Notes: generated by a model from the sequence alone, not told the origin. 64,000 nucleotides of DNA from Salpingoeca rosetta (GCA_033442325.1 JAWQFM010000022.1:310001-374000); one strand, 5' to 3'. Shown: positions 23,193 through 37,136, numbered from the stretch's first letter. Numbers and translations: made by a program.

Positions 23193-24373
23193 ATGAGTGA
23201 AGCAAAACCATCAGCTGCCAGCCACGAGGTTCGTGATTTGTCGTCACGGTGCGCGTGATGTGCACGCGCTGCACTCGTGCTGCGGCAGTGAAACACACAT
23301 TGGCTTGCGTGTCATCGTACAATGCACCCCCAGCGCTGCAACAGTAGTAACAGGAGTGGTTGAAGCAGGAATAGCAGTTGTTGTGATTGATAGCAACTGC
23401 ATTTGCAAATCTTGCTCTCAAATGTGGTGCTTGTGCCTTGCCCCGTGCACGTAGGCGGCATGGAACTTCTTCAACGAAACCCTCGGTGCCCCCAAGTTTG
23501 TCATGGGATCAATGGCGGAAGGATCTGACTTGCCATTCCGCTTGCTCTGGTGCGTGCACATGCATAAGCGTGTGCGTGTATCTGCGGGTAGATACGTGGG
23601 TTTTTGTTGTTGTGTGTCTGCGAACAACATCTGTGACAGTTGTTGAATCGCACAGTGTACACGTGGGTGTTGTGGGGATCGCGCGGTTTGCACTGCATTT
23701 TCCATCATCTTCCAACGTACGAGTACACTGGGTTCTTGCATTGTTCCGTTCGTCCATGTGCAGCAAGCCGTATGGTGTGCAACTGGCGTTCTCACCGCGC
23801 CTCTATGCCAAGCACTTGGTGAACGAGGACCTGTATCGTGAACAGCACATGGTCACCTGCGACGACGACCTGCCCCTCGTCACCATGGTCTGTGTGTGCG
23901 TGTGTGCGTGTATGTGTGTGTGTGTGTGTGTGCGTGTGTACATGTGTGTGCGTGTGTATGTGTGTGCATGTATGTGTGTGCGTGTGTGTGCTTCTGTGTG
24001 TGTGTGTGTGACTGCGTAGAATTTTGGGCTTACTGCACTCGGTCGTCGTTGAATCAGCACAACAACCTCACGGCTCTGCTGTGTCGCACCACCGACGTCT
24101 TGCAGCTGTGTGCAAATGAGACCAAATCCTTCGTCGAAGCCTGCAGTGTGGTGCGTGCGTGTACGATGCCCTGCTTGCGTGCACATTCGTCTGTCTGTCT
24201 GTCTCTGTCTCTGTCTCTCCTCTCGCTGCTTGGTGGCTAAGTGGTGTGAGCTTCACCATCCTTGCATTACCTCTCACCCAAACCCGTTACTTGCGCCACC
24301 CTTCTCACAGGCTGCGCCAACATGCAAGGCCTTGTGCCTTGACCTCACATGGAACTCAAAGCGAGCCATCAAC

Positions 24374-24430
<57 letters not shown>

Positions 24431-25262
24431 GTGTGCGTGTGTGCGTGTGTGTGCGTGTGTGTGTGTTCGTTGGAGCACGTGCTTACGAGTGCGGGCGTGC
24501 CAGTAATGCCCTTGAACGCCCGCCTTGCTCGTGCTCACGGCTGTGGCCATGTTGCGTGGTTCGTGGGTGGCTTCACCAGGCCAATACGGCGCATGCCTGC
24601 TGCAGCAGCGAGATCTGGTCGGGGACATGCTCACAGCAGCTACACAGCAGGGCCACAAAGGTGCAGCACGGTGTGCAGGGTGGCTTTGTTTTGTTGTTGA
24701 TGCTTGCCGCACATGTATCTAGCATGTTAGGCATGTGTGTATGTTCTCACCATACGTCCTCAGTGACTGCATCTCATACACACACACGCACACATACACA
24801 CATGCACATATACACCGACACGCACACACACATGCACACACATGCACATATACACCGACACACACACGCACATGCACACAAATACACATTGCAGTGTTTG
24901 CTGGCGTGCGCGTGACTGATGAGACGCAGGATGTTGAGGGCCTTGTGCGAATGGTGGAGAAATCAGGCTGCGTGGGCATTGTCGTTGACACACGCACGAC
25001 AGAGGAGACAGCAGCAATCTGCAACTGGGATGTCGTGGCCCGCATCAAGTGCGTCATGAACCAGAAGGCGGGCAGCATTGTTTGTGTGCATCTGTGTGTA
25101 GTTGTATGTATGTGTGTGTTTGTGTGTATGTTTGTGCGCATTCACACGTACCACGGTATGCAAACACATGTTGATGACGCAAACAAGTGAGCATCCCATA
25201 CCTCACATCCAGGGGTTTGCCGCTAACGTGCCTGCATGCGACCTGCGACCTGCTGCCCCTGT

Positions 25263-25340
<78 letters not shown>

Positions 25341-26852
25341 TCATGATGGCTTGAACTGTTCGTCTCAGGGCCCTCACGGCTCTCCCCGTATTGGCCCACG
25401 CATCTCTCAACTCCCCCAACGAGATTCAGCCATTCCTCAAACACACAGGTGCGCGCGCGCGCGCGCGTGTGTGTGTGTGTGTACTGCATGGTTAGAACAG
25501 GGTGCACGTTGTTCACAGCGCACGATATGCGATTGTGGCCGCAGGTGCTGATGCCGTTGTAGCCACGACCGAGCTCCTCTTCCAGCCAACCCTCTTCTCC
25601 CTCGAATCAACAACAGCAACAACACCTTCATCATCGACAGCAACACCTTCAGCCGTGAGTTCGCTCGATTTGGCCGCACGGTACCTGCAGCTGTTCCGAC
25701 AGCACATGGCGTTTCCGTTCTTCGCTCGCTGGCACCTCTGCCACCTCCTCCACTCCACCCTCCTCCACATGCCAGACATCTTCGACGACGTCCACAACGG
25801 TACGGGCGTTCATGTGCGTGCGTGCGTGTGTGTGCATGCGTAGATGGATGCGTGTATGGTCGGAGTGTGTGTGAATACGTGTGCGCGTAGGTTGGTGTGT
25901 GTAGTCTCGATTGCGTGTGGAAGCGTGTGTATGTTTGCGTGTACGTTTGCGTTTCATGCACAGTGCATCGCCTCTGTGTTGTCCATCACCAACCGAGCTG
26001 GCGACTGACATCTATCTGTATGCATTTGCACATTTGTGTGCGTGCATGTGTGTGCGTGTGTGTGTGTGTGTGTATGCGTGTGTGTACATCATTCCCAGCC
26101 AACACGCCGGCGGCTCTGGAGAGAGTGTTGGAAGAGATCAAGACAAAGGTGCGTAGATGTCGTGGCTACCGTTTCAAAACACACCTCGAATTCACGCACA
26201 CATGTCACACACTCATACACACAATGTCAAATGGCACAACACGACGCGCGAACGCTCGCCATACCTTAACCCCATTCGTGTGTGTGTGTGCATGTGTACG
26301 TATGTGTGTGCATGTGTACGTATGTGTGTGTGTGTGTGCATGTGTGTGTGTGCATGTGTGCGTGTATGTGTGTGTGTGTGTGTGCGTCACCAGGCTGCAG
26401 CGGCCGCGTTGGGAGCAGACGTGAATGCGTGTCGCATTTGTCCGCCGCTCGCGTATCATTCGGCCCCGGACACCGCATCCATCCTCCGATATGAAGGCGA
26501 CGTGGACCAGGTGCGGGCTTGGAATCAGAGAATAACGGCATCGGTAGAGCGGCCGGGGGGGGGCAGTAGTCGCTGTAGATTTGCGTGCATATTCCTGGTG
26601 CAGAGTAAATGCGAGACCCTGACGTGTTGCATGATGCCGTTGCGCCGCCGAGCTCATTCTCCCATGCTTCTCCCACCAGGCTGCGGCTGCGCGGTCGTGG
26701 GCGAGTGACCTGGTTGCTGCCGGTGTGCTGCCGTCGAATCACGTGGATATGCACAAGCGGCTCGAGTACGATCCAAATTGCGGTCACGAGCGCAAACTCA
26801 ACCAGCTCGCAAAGCGCAAGGTGTGGTGCACCTGTGCTTCGACGAACAGCGC

Positions 26853-26925
<73 letters not shown>

Positions 26926-28051
26926 AATGTGTGTGTGTGTGTGTGTTTGAATGTGTGTGTGTGTGTTTGAATGTGTGTGTGTGTGCGTGCACGCGAAATA
27001 CAGCGCACATATTGCATCTCGTGCTTTCGATGACATGTGCTGTCTGGACTGCTTGCGTTGATGCATCGGCTCACCATGCTCATGGTATCCTCCTCCACCT
27101 TGGTGCGGGTTGATGCAGTTGAAGCGAATTGGGTTCCAGAAGCAGCAGAAGGAGGAAAAGGCAAAACAACGCAAGCAACGACGACGGGCAGCACGTACGC
27201 AGCAATTGGCGCTGTGGTTATGCTGTGGACTTATGTCAGGATTCAATTTGTGACCACCACAACCTACTCCTCACACACACCTACACCCACACACAACCTC
27301 CCCACCCACACACGTAACCCAACGAGCAGGGGAGGCCGGGGCTGAGGATCAAGCGGAGAAGAAGGCAAAGACGGAGCAAGTGGAGAAGAAAACGAAGCAA
27401 GAGCAGCGGGAAGAGCGACGCGCGCGTGTGCTGGCAGCCATGCAGTCGCCAACCGCCATCCGAGTTGCCATCGACATGGGCCTTGGTGACGCCATGAACA
27501 GGAAAGAGATTGTCAAGTTGAGCGATCAGATTCGACGCCTCTACGGCGCTAACCTCCGCGCACAGGTAACACTTCGCTATGGTGATTGCATTTGCTTTTG
27601 TTTTGGTTGTGCCGTTTGATTTTGTGTTGGTTGTGTTTGTTGTTCGTGTGTGATCACCACAATCGTATGTTCGCTTTGCTCTCAACATGTTCTCTGACTG
27701 CAAGTCGTTGTCTGGGCGTCTCTTCCCACTTGCTCACAGCACCACCCAACTCTAAACTTCCCCAATACCCCTCCCCTCTTCCCCCGCACACACTCTCTCG
27801 CTCCCTCCACACTCATCTGTCTTCGCTGCCGCTGTTCAGCACCCGTGCCACCTGCACCTGACCAGTCTCGATCCCAACGGCCTCCCATATCGCCTGTGCA
27901 AGCAGCGCAATGTTGGATTCGACGACTACTTGGCCACCATGACTGACAAGACTCACATTCACCACTTTGACCCAAGCGAGGTGCGTTGGTGTGTATGAGA
28001 ACGTGTGTGTTCGTGTGTGAATGAGAATGGTTGTCATGCACTTGTGTGTGT

Positions 28052-28123
<72 letters not shown>

Positions 28124-28517
28124 CGTGCATGCTGTGCAGGTGTGCGTGTGGGCGTGATGGTTGCGTGCGAATTCTTTCAGCCACGACAGCTCACCTGCGT
28201 CTCAATTCCCCTCTGCTCGTTGTTCATGTGGTGTTCAGATTGTCTTCCTCACGCCAGATTCCCCAAACGTTCTCGTCGACCTTGTTCCCTCTAAGGTTTG
28301 CACACTCGCTCCTCTTGTTGTGCTGATGCCTGCAAGCATTCAGCGGCGATGTGCTGAAGAGCCGCAGTGCCGTTCGCTTTTGACTTCTTCTTGATCAACT
28401 CCTCCATATCGGTGTTCTGATTGTGCTTGCCAGACGTATGTGTTTGGCGGTTTGGTGGACGAGAGCATCCAGAAAAACTTCACGCTCAACCGTGCACAGA
28501 AGGTCGGTCGGACGTGG

Positions 28518-28576
<59 letters not shown>

Positions 28577-28867
28577 TGGGTTGTTTGGATGTGGTCGATA
28601 GGTTGTGTGCTTGTGTGTGCTTGTGTGTGTGTGTGACCAGGGTGCATGTGTGTTCTCCTTCACTGTTGTTTTGCTTGTGCTGTGTACCACTCATCTCGAC
28701 CCCCTCCTTCTCCTCCTCATTCGTCATTGACGTTCTGTCGTGCTCTTCACCACTGCTGCTATCCCCCTCCCCCTTCCAAGGCTGGCATTGTGACTGCTCG
28801 TTTGCCCATTCTGGAGTTCAGCAACGCAAAGGCCACCAAGTATGCACCCGTCCTCTCCATCAACCAG

Positions 28868-28943
<76 letters not shown>

Positions 28944-29337
28944 CTCATCACACACACACACACCATATGCGCCACAGGTGTTTGATGCGTTTCTGAAGGT
29001 GATACATGGCGAGGGGTGGCGTGAGGGCCTTCGTGCAGCCGTGCCGGAGCGAAAGGGATTTGCGCTGTACTCTGAGGAGAAAATCAACGCCACGGTGCAA
29101 CACATGAAAGAACAGAGCGTGGATGGCGTTTACATGCAGGCAACTAGCTACGACGACAACAACAACGACAAGGCCGATGGTGGTGGCGTTGATGTGGTGG
29201 ACGCGAAGACACCGGCACCAGCAGTGGCGAATGCAACGAACCAACAAGACGCCGAGCAGCTCGCAGCCCCGATGGACGAGGGCGAAACGAAGGGTGAGCA
29301 CTCTGAGGAAACTGCACCTGCACCAGCCGCAGCTTGA
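23193..29337 (+). CDS. Fusion of a degenerate (probably inactive) DUS1-like tRNA-dihydrouridine synthase domain and a TRMT10B-like tRNA purine-9 N1-methyltransferase (SPOUT)
   Basis: 19 phase-consistent GT-AG exons: 23193-23228, 23455-23549, 23764-23887, 24106-24150, 24311-24374, 24580-24660, 24895-25048, 25369-25448, 25545-25799, 26099-26148, 26394-26510, 26680-26820, 27119-27194, 27330-27565, 27840-27980, 28239-28295, 28434-28502, 28781-28867, 28978-29337. The N-half follows DUS1 ([61 protein letters not shown]). The C-half has TRM10 motifs ([53 protein letters not shown]). Confidence 0.82.
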
Positions 29338-29396
29338 ATTACTCTGATGTACGCGCATGCACGTGTGGTAGAGTGCATAGGGGTGTCGTGCAGCCG

Positions 29397-29480
<84 letters not shown>

Positions 29481-29916
29481 CCAAGGGTGTGTTGTTGCAA
29501 GCATGTGCATTTGGCTCCTGTGGCATTTCGTGCGATGGCACGATAGTTCTCGCTTGTGCGTTGTCATCGTTCAATCGAGACTTCAAACGAGACAGTACGC
29601 GAGTGCGGATACAGACTGCGGCGTGCCTTGGGTGCAACGGGTGAAGAGAGAGAAGCGACAACGCCACCGAACGAAAACGGACACGACAACACGCAAAGCG
29701 CAAAGAATGGCCTGTGCATGCAAGCTGGCGGTGCCACCACGCAGGAGTTGAGAGCTGGAGCGCAGGAAATGAAAGGAAGGCGCAAAAGCAATGGCTTGGC
29801 ACACATATCCACCCTGACGACGAACAGCACAACAACTGCACGACGCATAAGCACACACAAGCACCATGCTCACACACACACACGCATGGATATCACGTAT
29901 GCACGTGTGCAAGTGC

Positions 29917-31155
29917 TTACACCTGCCACTCCTGGAAGAAGTCGTTGCCCTTGTTGTCAACGACGATAAAGGCAGGGAAGTTCTCCACGTCAATCTTCCA
30001 GATGGCCTCCATGCCAAGCTCCTCATACTCCTTCACTTCCACGTTCTTGATGCAGTTCTTGGCCAGGATGGCAGCGGGCCCGCCAATGGACCCAAGGTAG
30101 AAGCCGCCGTACTCCTTGCACGCGTTGGTCACCTGGTGTGTTGCACAGGGGAGGAGGGGGAAGACGATTGTATGTGCGTGCGTGCGTGCGTGTGTATATG
30201 TGTGTGTGCGTACGTGTGTGTGTGTGTGTGTGCGTGCGTGTGTATGTGTATGTGTGTGCGTGTGTATGTGTATGTGTGTGTCAGCGAGCGGACATGGACG
30301 ATGGGAGAAGAACGTTGGATGCTATGTGCAGATGTTAAGTGGAATGACCGACAACGATGAAGGACTGTGACAAAGACAGCGGCAAGCACACAGCAAACAC
30401 ATATGCCACACGCCTCTCCTCCTCCTCCCCCCCCCCCTCAAAAAGACACGCGCACCTCGCGGGAGCGGTTGCCCTTTGCGAGGGTGATGAAGCTGCCGCC
30501 CTCCTTCATGAACGAGCGGACGTACGAGTCCATGCGCCCGGCGGTGGTCGGACCAAACGAGCCAGAGGCGTACCCTTCAGGCGTCTTCGCAGGGCCAGCT
30601 GCATACATGCGTACACACACACATACATACATATACACACATACATACACACATACACACACATACGTACATATGTACAGGCATTTGTGCATGTTCATGT
30701 TCATGAATGCAGTTGCGTGGGGTGAACCGGTGAGGAATGAAGGTGAGTGGCAGGCATGGGGTTGCTTTGAAGGCAGTTGATTGAACAACAACTTAAACAA
30801 CAGCTTAAACAACTTAAACAACAACAACAACTTCAACAGCAACAACAACTTAAACAGCAGCAGCAGCAGCAACACCCACCGCCGCCACCGACACCATCAG
30901 CATGTGTTGTCATCAGCGGCCTGCGCACCGTAGTAGATGATGTGGTCCTTGACGTATTCCGGCAGACCGAGACCTTGATCAATCCGCTCCTGTGAACAGC
31001 GAACGCGCGCGCAGAGAACCGCAGTGAAACAGCAGAGGGCAAGCACAAAGGCGGTGGAGTGAGGTGCAGTTTGATAAGACTGTTTGCACAGGCGTGCGTA
31101 CACGTGTGAATTGGGGGGGGGGGCGGCACTGGATACAAGTATCAGCATGTACGTG

Positions 31156-31228
<73 letters not shown>

Positions 31229-31468
31229 TGTGTGTGTGTGTGTGTTGTGTGTGTGTGTGTGCCAATGTGTGCATGTTCATGTGGTTGTAAGGCTGCTTGT
31301 ACCTGCAGCTTGGCGTGGGCGATATCACGGGCGACAATGAGAGTGCCGCTGAGCGACAAGCGGGTGCTGGAACGCAAATGGAGGAAGGGGACAACAGGAA
31401 CGGGCAAAGGAAGGTAAGACGATGTGAAGTGGTGAGTGAGTTCATGCGATGGCACGGGGGTGTATTTA

Positions 31469-31550
<82 letters not shown>

Positions 31551-32365
31551 ATGTGTGTGTGTTGGCGTACCGGATGGGGTACTGGGAGAGCTGTTTGCGA
31601 ATCTCTTCCATGGGCTGGTTCAGGTTCACGGGCACAACCTGTGATGGCGGTGGGGGTGCACGGCGGCGATGAGCGCTTGGAATCGAGCACGAAGGAACAC
31701 ACACAGACACACACAGACACACACAGACACACACAGACACACACACAGACACAGACACACACAGACACAGACACACACACGCGCAAGCAAGCGAGCAAAG
31801 TAACGAGCAAGCAGGACGGCACCTCATCGGATGCGCCAAGCGATTCCTCGGTGACGTCGGGCAGATACTGGCGGTCGAGTGGCGGTCGTGGACAGGGAGG
31901 TGGAGTGAGTGATGAGGGAATGCAGGGTGTTTGTACGGTCATTGGAAGCGCAAGTGAACACACACATAAACACACACACATAAACACACTCACACATAAA
32001 ACAAACACATATGCATTCACCCCTCCCCACACACACACACAGAAACACAAGACCACATATGTACACATAATCAGCCATCCATGAGGGAACGCAGACCTTG
32101 CCCGGGTTTGTCTCAAGCTGCTCCAGGAAAACGCCGTCCTTTGTGATTTTGCCGAGGGCCTGAAGTGGAAGGGGAGGGGTCCAGTTCGTGGGGATCGTCA
32201 ACATGAACAGATGGACTCTTCGAGGGCAGGTACGAATGATACACGCACGCACACNNNNNNNNNNNNNNNNNNNNNNNNNNNNNNNNNNNNNNNNNNNNNN
32301 NNNNNNNNNNNNNNNNNNNNNNNNNNNNNNNNNNNNNNNNNNNNNNNNNNNNNNACGACGACGAC

Positions 32366-32450
<85 letters not shown>

Positions 32451-35108
32451 GTCTGTCAGCTGAGCAGGACACGCCAATCCCGACAGGACAAGATGCGCCG
32501 TGGCGAGGAAGGCGGACGACGCGCACGTCGTGGCAGAAGTACTTGCCTGGTTGGCGTGCAGTGTGTTTGTATTGGGTGCAGCGTGTGTATGTGTGTGCAT
32601 GTGTGTGTGTGTGTTGATGTACAAGGGAGAGAGCGTGTGTGAGTGAGTGAGTGAGTTAGAGGGCGCATGTGAATCATTATGTGTGTGTTTTGATGTACAA
32701 GGGAGAGAGAGAGTGTGTGTGTGTGTGAGTGTGTGAGAGGGCGCGTGTGAATCATGATGTGTGTGAAAGTGAGTGAATGGGAGAAAACAGCTGCACAGGA
32801 GGTGCGAGATGGGTACACACGACATGGACAGGCCAGTATGTTGGCTGGGCGCTAGCGTCTGCACCTCCGAATTGGGCGCCGATGCCGAGGTTCTGCGTGA
32901 GTTTGTGGATCCTCTCCTCCCTGGTCCATCAATCAATCACACAAACACACACGCGCATGTGCAGATGGACATGGTGATGACATGACGAACGAGGCCGCGA
33001 TAAACACTCGAGCAACACGCAACAGCAGCGATAACAAGAACGGGGAGTGACTGCCAGAGCCACCACAAAAAGGTGTGTTTGCATCGTTGCGCGGTGTGCG
33101 ATTGCGTCATGGTCTCACCACTCGAGGTCGCGGAAGGCGCGGCCGTATTCGTTTCCACTGCACAGATACGCACGTGCGCAGGCCACATCGGGACCAGCCA
33201 GCCCATGTTAGTCATGGGAACTTGGGAGCGTGATCAGCGTACATGTGTCGGCGAGTGACTTGTGGCACAAGCAGGCGCACAACACGTCTCATTTCCATCA
33301 CCAACACACAGACACACACACAAGCAAACAAACATGCACACGCACAGACGCAGAGCCTCGGGCATGCGCACGTGGTGTGGAGGTTGTCGTAGTAGCGTGT
33401 GGAAGCGCTCTTGACGGTCTTGAGATTCATTTCCGCAGAGAGGCCGCCAATCACAACGGCAAGATGGTACGGCGGGCACGCTGCAACGACGGGAGGCAGA
33501 GCAAGGAGGGCCGGTGGAGGGGCAAGTGGTTAAGTGAATGGGTGGGTCAGCGAGTGTGTGGAAGTGTGTGCGTGCGCAGCAAAGCTCTTGTGTTGCCACT
33601 CATCCTCACCAGCACCACGGCGCCATCATCACGGCCACCACCACCACAATGCTGCTGGTGCTCACCTGCGGTGCCGAGCGTCTTGATCTTCTCCTCCAGG
33701 AACTTGAGCAGGTTCTTCTCATTCAACAGCGCCTGCACACACACGCGCGCGGTGTCGTGTGTGTATGCGTGTTTGGTCGGGCCCTCAGGTGAGTGCAGTG
33801 GGGTGCAGGGTGCAACCATACAAACACAGGTCGTGTGCGTACACAGGCGTTGCACGCCCACACAGACACAGACACAGACACAGACACACAAACACACATA
33901 CACACACATACACACACATACACACACAAACACACATACACACACATACCTTTGTCTGCTGGAAGAGGAACGTCTTGTTTGCAGAGCCACCGCCCTTGGC
34001 AAGGAACTGTAAGGAGCAGACCAGAGCACACGGATGAACGCAGGGCGAGCAGCGACGATGGGTTGAAAGGTACACCCAGCTATGCACACACACACACACA
34101 CATGCACGCACACAAATGTCTGCAGAGTTGTGATCACCTCAAAGTTGTACTCGCTGCCGTCGGTTGAGTAGATGTCGATTTGCGCGGGAAGGTTGCAGCC
34201 CGTGTTCTTCTCCAAAAACATGTCGAGCGGCGCCACCTGCGCACACAAACACGCACGCACACAACCACATGTGCATGGGACATGGAAGTGCAACGTGCAT
34301 GAGCCGGCTCGGTATATCCTGAGGTTGCAAACGCTACCGCACACACACACACACACACACAAAGACACACACACACACGCCAACCTGGGAGTAGCGGAGG
34401 TTCTTGCGGGTGTAGGCGTCAAAGATACCGCGGGAGATGGCTTCTTCATCCTTGCCATCCGTCCACACGTACTGGCCCTTCTTGGCAATGCAGATGCCCG
34501 TGCCAGTGTCCTGGCAGCCTGCACAGACAAAACGACGAAGCAAACCACCAGCAGTGAGGGAGTGAGTGAGTGAGTGAGTGAGTGAGTGAGGGAGTGAGTG
34601 AGTGAGTGAGTGAGTGAGGGGATGAAGTAGGTTTTATTAAGCTCATCAACAATTTCACATACTTGCCAGCGGTTTCCCACACACTCGGGTAGGTGTTCTT
34701 ACGCAGATGTTGAGGTGAACTGACCAGGAAGCACCATGCCCGCGGCAATGTTGGCGTTCTTGAGGAGCTCAAGGGCAACAAACTTGTCGTTTGCAGAGGC
34801 TTCTGGGTCCTTGAGGATGTTGCTCAGCTGCTGCAGGTGACCAGGGCGCAGAAGGTGGGCGATATCAATCATGGCCTGTTCAGCCAGCATGGTGATGGCC
34901 TCCGGCTCCACCGTCAGCACCCTGCGCCAGCATTGCGTTTGGACAAAGCCAGCGCATACATGAGGCAGAGACAACGTTGTGTTTGAGCGTGTTTGAGTGG
35001 TTGCAAAGTACTGTTTGCTTCCATGTGTCATCTGTGCACGAGTGTGCATACAACACGCACACACGCATACAACACACACATGCACACACACACAACACAC
35101 GCACACAA

Positions 35109-35139
<31 letters not shown>

Positions 35140-35358
35140 ACACACACTCACATGCACACACAACAACTGCTGTTGTGTGTGGACGCACTCTTTGCCGTTG
35201 ACGGTTGTGGTGGTCACGTGGTCTCCAGAGAGCTTCTTGTACTGAGTGTCCTTTGGCTTGGCTGCCTCAAACACAGGCTGGTAGTGGAAGCTCGGCATCT
35301 TGGCCGCCTGCAGCCGGCTCGAAGCCGTGCTGACAGCACGCACACACCGCAACAACAT
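29917..35358 (-). CDS. fumA: Class I (Fe-S) fumarate hydratase with predicted mitochondrial presequence, about 17 exons
   Basis: [20 protein letters not shown] presequence-like start, then [23 protein letters not shown]|[28 protein letters not shown]|ACPPYH, GIGAQFG|[58 protein letters not shown] and DNKGNDFF, all FumA/FumB-type motifs. Confidence 0.96.
32255..32354. other. Assembly gap inside a fumarase intron
   Basis: Run of N. Confidence 0.99.
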
Positions 35359-35478
35359 CGTAGAGCTCTCGCGCTGCTGGTCGTATTCGCCACTGCAGTT
35401 TATGCTGTTGTTTTGCATTTTGACAGGACTCGACTCAACGTCGTGCACTCCCTCCACGCGACAACCCACGACAACGCG
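35359..35478. promoter_or_regulatory. Putative minimal bidirectional promoter (fumarase / GH38-like gene)
   Basis: Only 120 bp between the divergent start codons. Confidence 0.5.
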
Positions 35479-37095
35479 ATGAAGATGCACGCCGCGATGA
35501 CGACGACGCTGGCGACGACGCTGGTGGCAGCGATGATGGTGGCGGGGATGATGGTGGCGGGGATGGCGACAGTGGAAGGGGCACGCGTGCCGTGTGGTGG
35601 TGCGTGGATGTGGGACTCCAAAGAGGCGTGTGAAGCGCGCCACTGCGTGTGGGAACCGAGCGCAAAGACGCTCAACTGGTGTGTTTACAACTCAAGCTGG
35701 ACAGAGCGCATCGAGCACGTGCACGTGGTGCAGGGCTGCCATTTCGATGCCGGCTTTGCCGGCACGGTGGACGCCATTGTTCGGCGGTGGTTTGGCTTCT
35801 TCGACCAAGCATACCACACGGGCATGCAGCTGGAGCAGAACAGCACGGACCCCGCAGCAAGGCTGGCCTTCACCGCGCAGAGCTGGGTGGTCTGGCTCTA
35901 CCTCAACTGCCCCTCCGACCTCAACTTGACGTGCCCGGATGACGCCGCGCTGCGCCGCTTCAACACCAGCGTCGCCAAAGGGTGGATCACGTGGCAGGCG
36001 TTTCCCTTTGATGCAGAGCTCGAGCTCCTGTCCCCGACCACGCTTCGCCTCGCCTTTGAGCTCACCCACGCGCTCGACGCACAGTTTGGCCTCAAGCCCA
36101 AGCGCGTCCTCTCGCAGCGCGACGTGCCGGGCATCCCGCGTGCTGCGCTGCACCCGCTCGCCAGCAGCGGCGTTCGCGCCGTCTCCGTCGGCACCAACGG
36201 CGGCAGCACCCCTCCAAATGTGCCCCGCGTCTTCCTGTGGAAGGACGAGCAGACACAGACGTCCATGCTCACCATGTACCTCACGGGCGGGTACGGCGGC
36301 TTCAACAAGCTGCCGGGCGTGTTTGTTCCAACCGTCGTCCCTGGCAGCACCCACGCCATGGTGGTGGCGTGGCGCGGCGACAACAGCGGGCCCGCGTCTG
36401 CGGATGAGGTCATCAAAGACCTGGCAGAGATCCGCAAGGAGTTCCCCAACGCCGCCGTCAACGTGTCCACCTTTGATGCCTTTGTATCCGCCATTGACAC
36501 GCCGCAGGTGCGGTCCCAGCTGCCAACCATCACGGACGAGATTGGCGACAGCTGGATCCACGGTGTGGCGTCGGACACGGGCAAGCTGGCGCAGCTCACG
36601 GCCATGCAGCGTGCCATCGACACGTGGTGCGCCCGCGCGCCGTCGCACTGCACGTTCACCAACGCGCACGTGAGCACGTTCATCCACCGCTTCCTCAAGA
36701 ACTCGGAACACACGTGGGGCCTGGACGTCAAGTCCACCATCTCCCCGCGATCGGCGCTGCACGCCAACTACTCCAACCCCGACTTCCACCGCGCACGACA
36801 GCACAACCCGCAGTATGCCAAGCTGGAGGCATCGTGGCAGCGGCAGCGTCGCTGGGGCATTGCCAACGCACTCAAGCACCTGCATGACGACGACCTGCGT
36901 GCGCTTGTGGAGCAGGAGCTTGCAGCCGTGAACACCACGTTTGTGGACCTGACGGGCTACTCGCCTGAGCAGGAGGACTTGGCGGTGATTGCAGCGCAGG
37001 GCTGGCGCGTCGCCATCAACACCACATCCACAGCCATTGTCAGCATCATCAACAAGGGTGGGTTGTGCACGTGTGTGTATGTGTATGTGCATGTT

Positions 37096-37136
<41 letters not shown>

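Noticed and set aside
25213-25263. Possible alternative exon ([16 protein letters not shown]) in the DUS-like region
   Set aside because: Exon 25369-25448 fits both the splice phases and the DUS alignment ([11 protein letters not shown]...FLKHTG); this one does not
34620-34715. AT-richer atypical sequence next to (GAGT)n/(ACTC)n repeats in introns (also 63732-63800)
   Set aside because: Short, with no structure or ORF found; consistent with ordinary intron sequence or low-quality base calls beside a repeat
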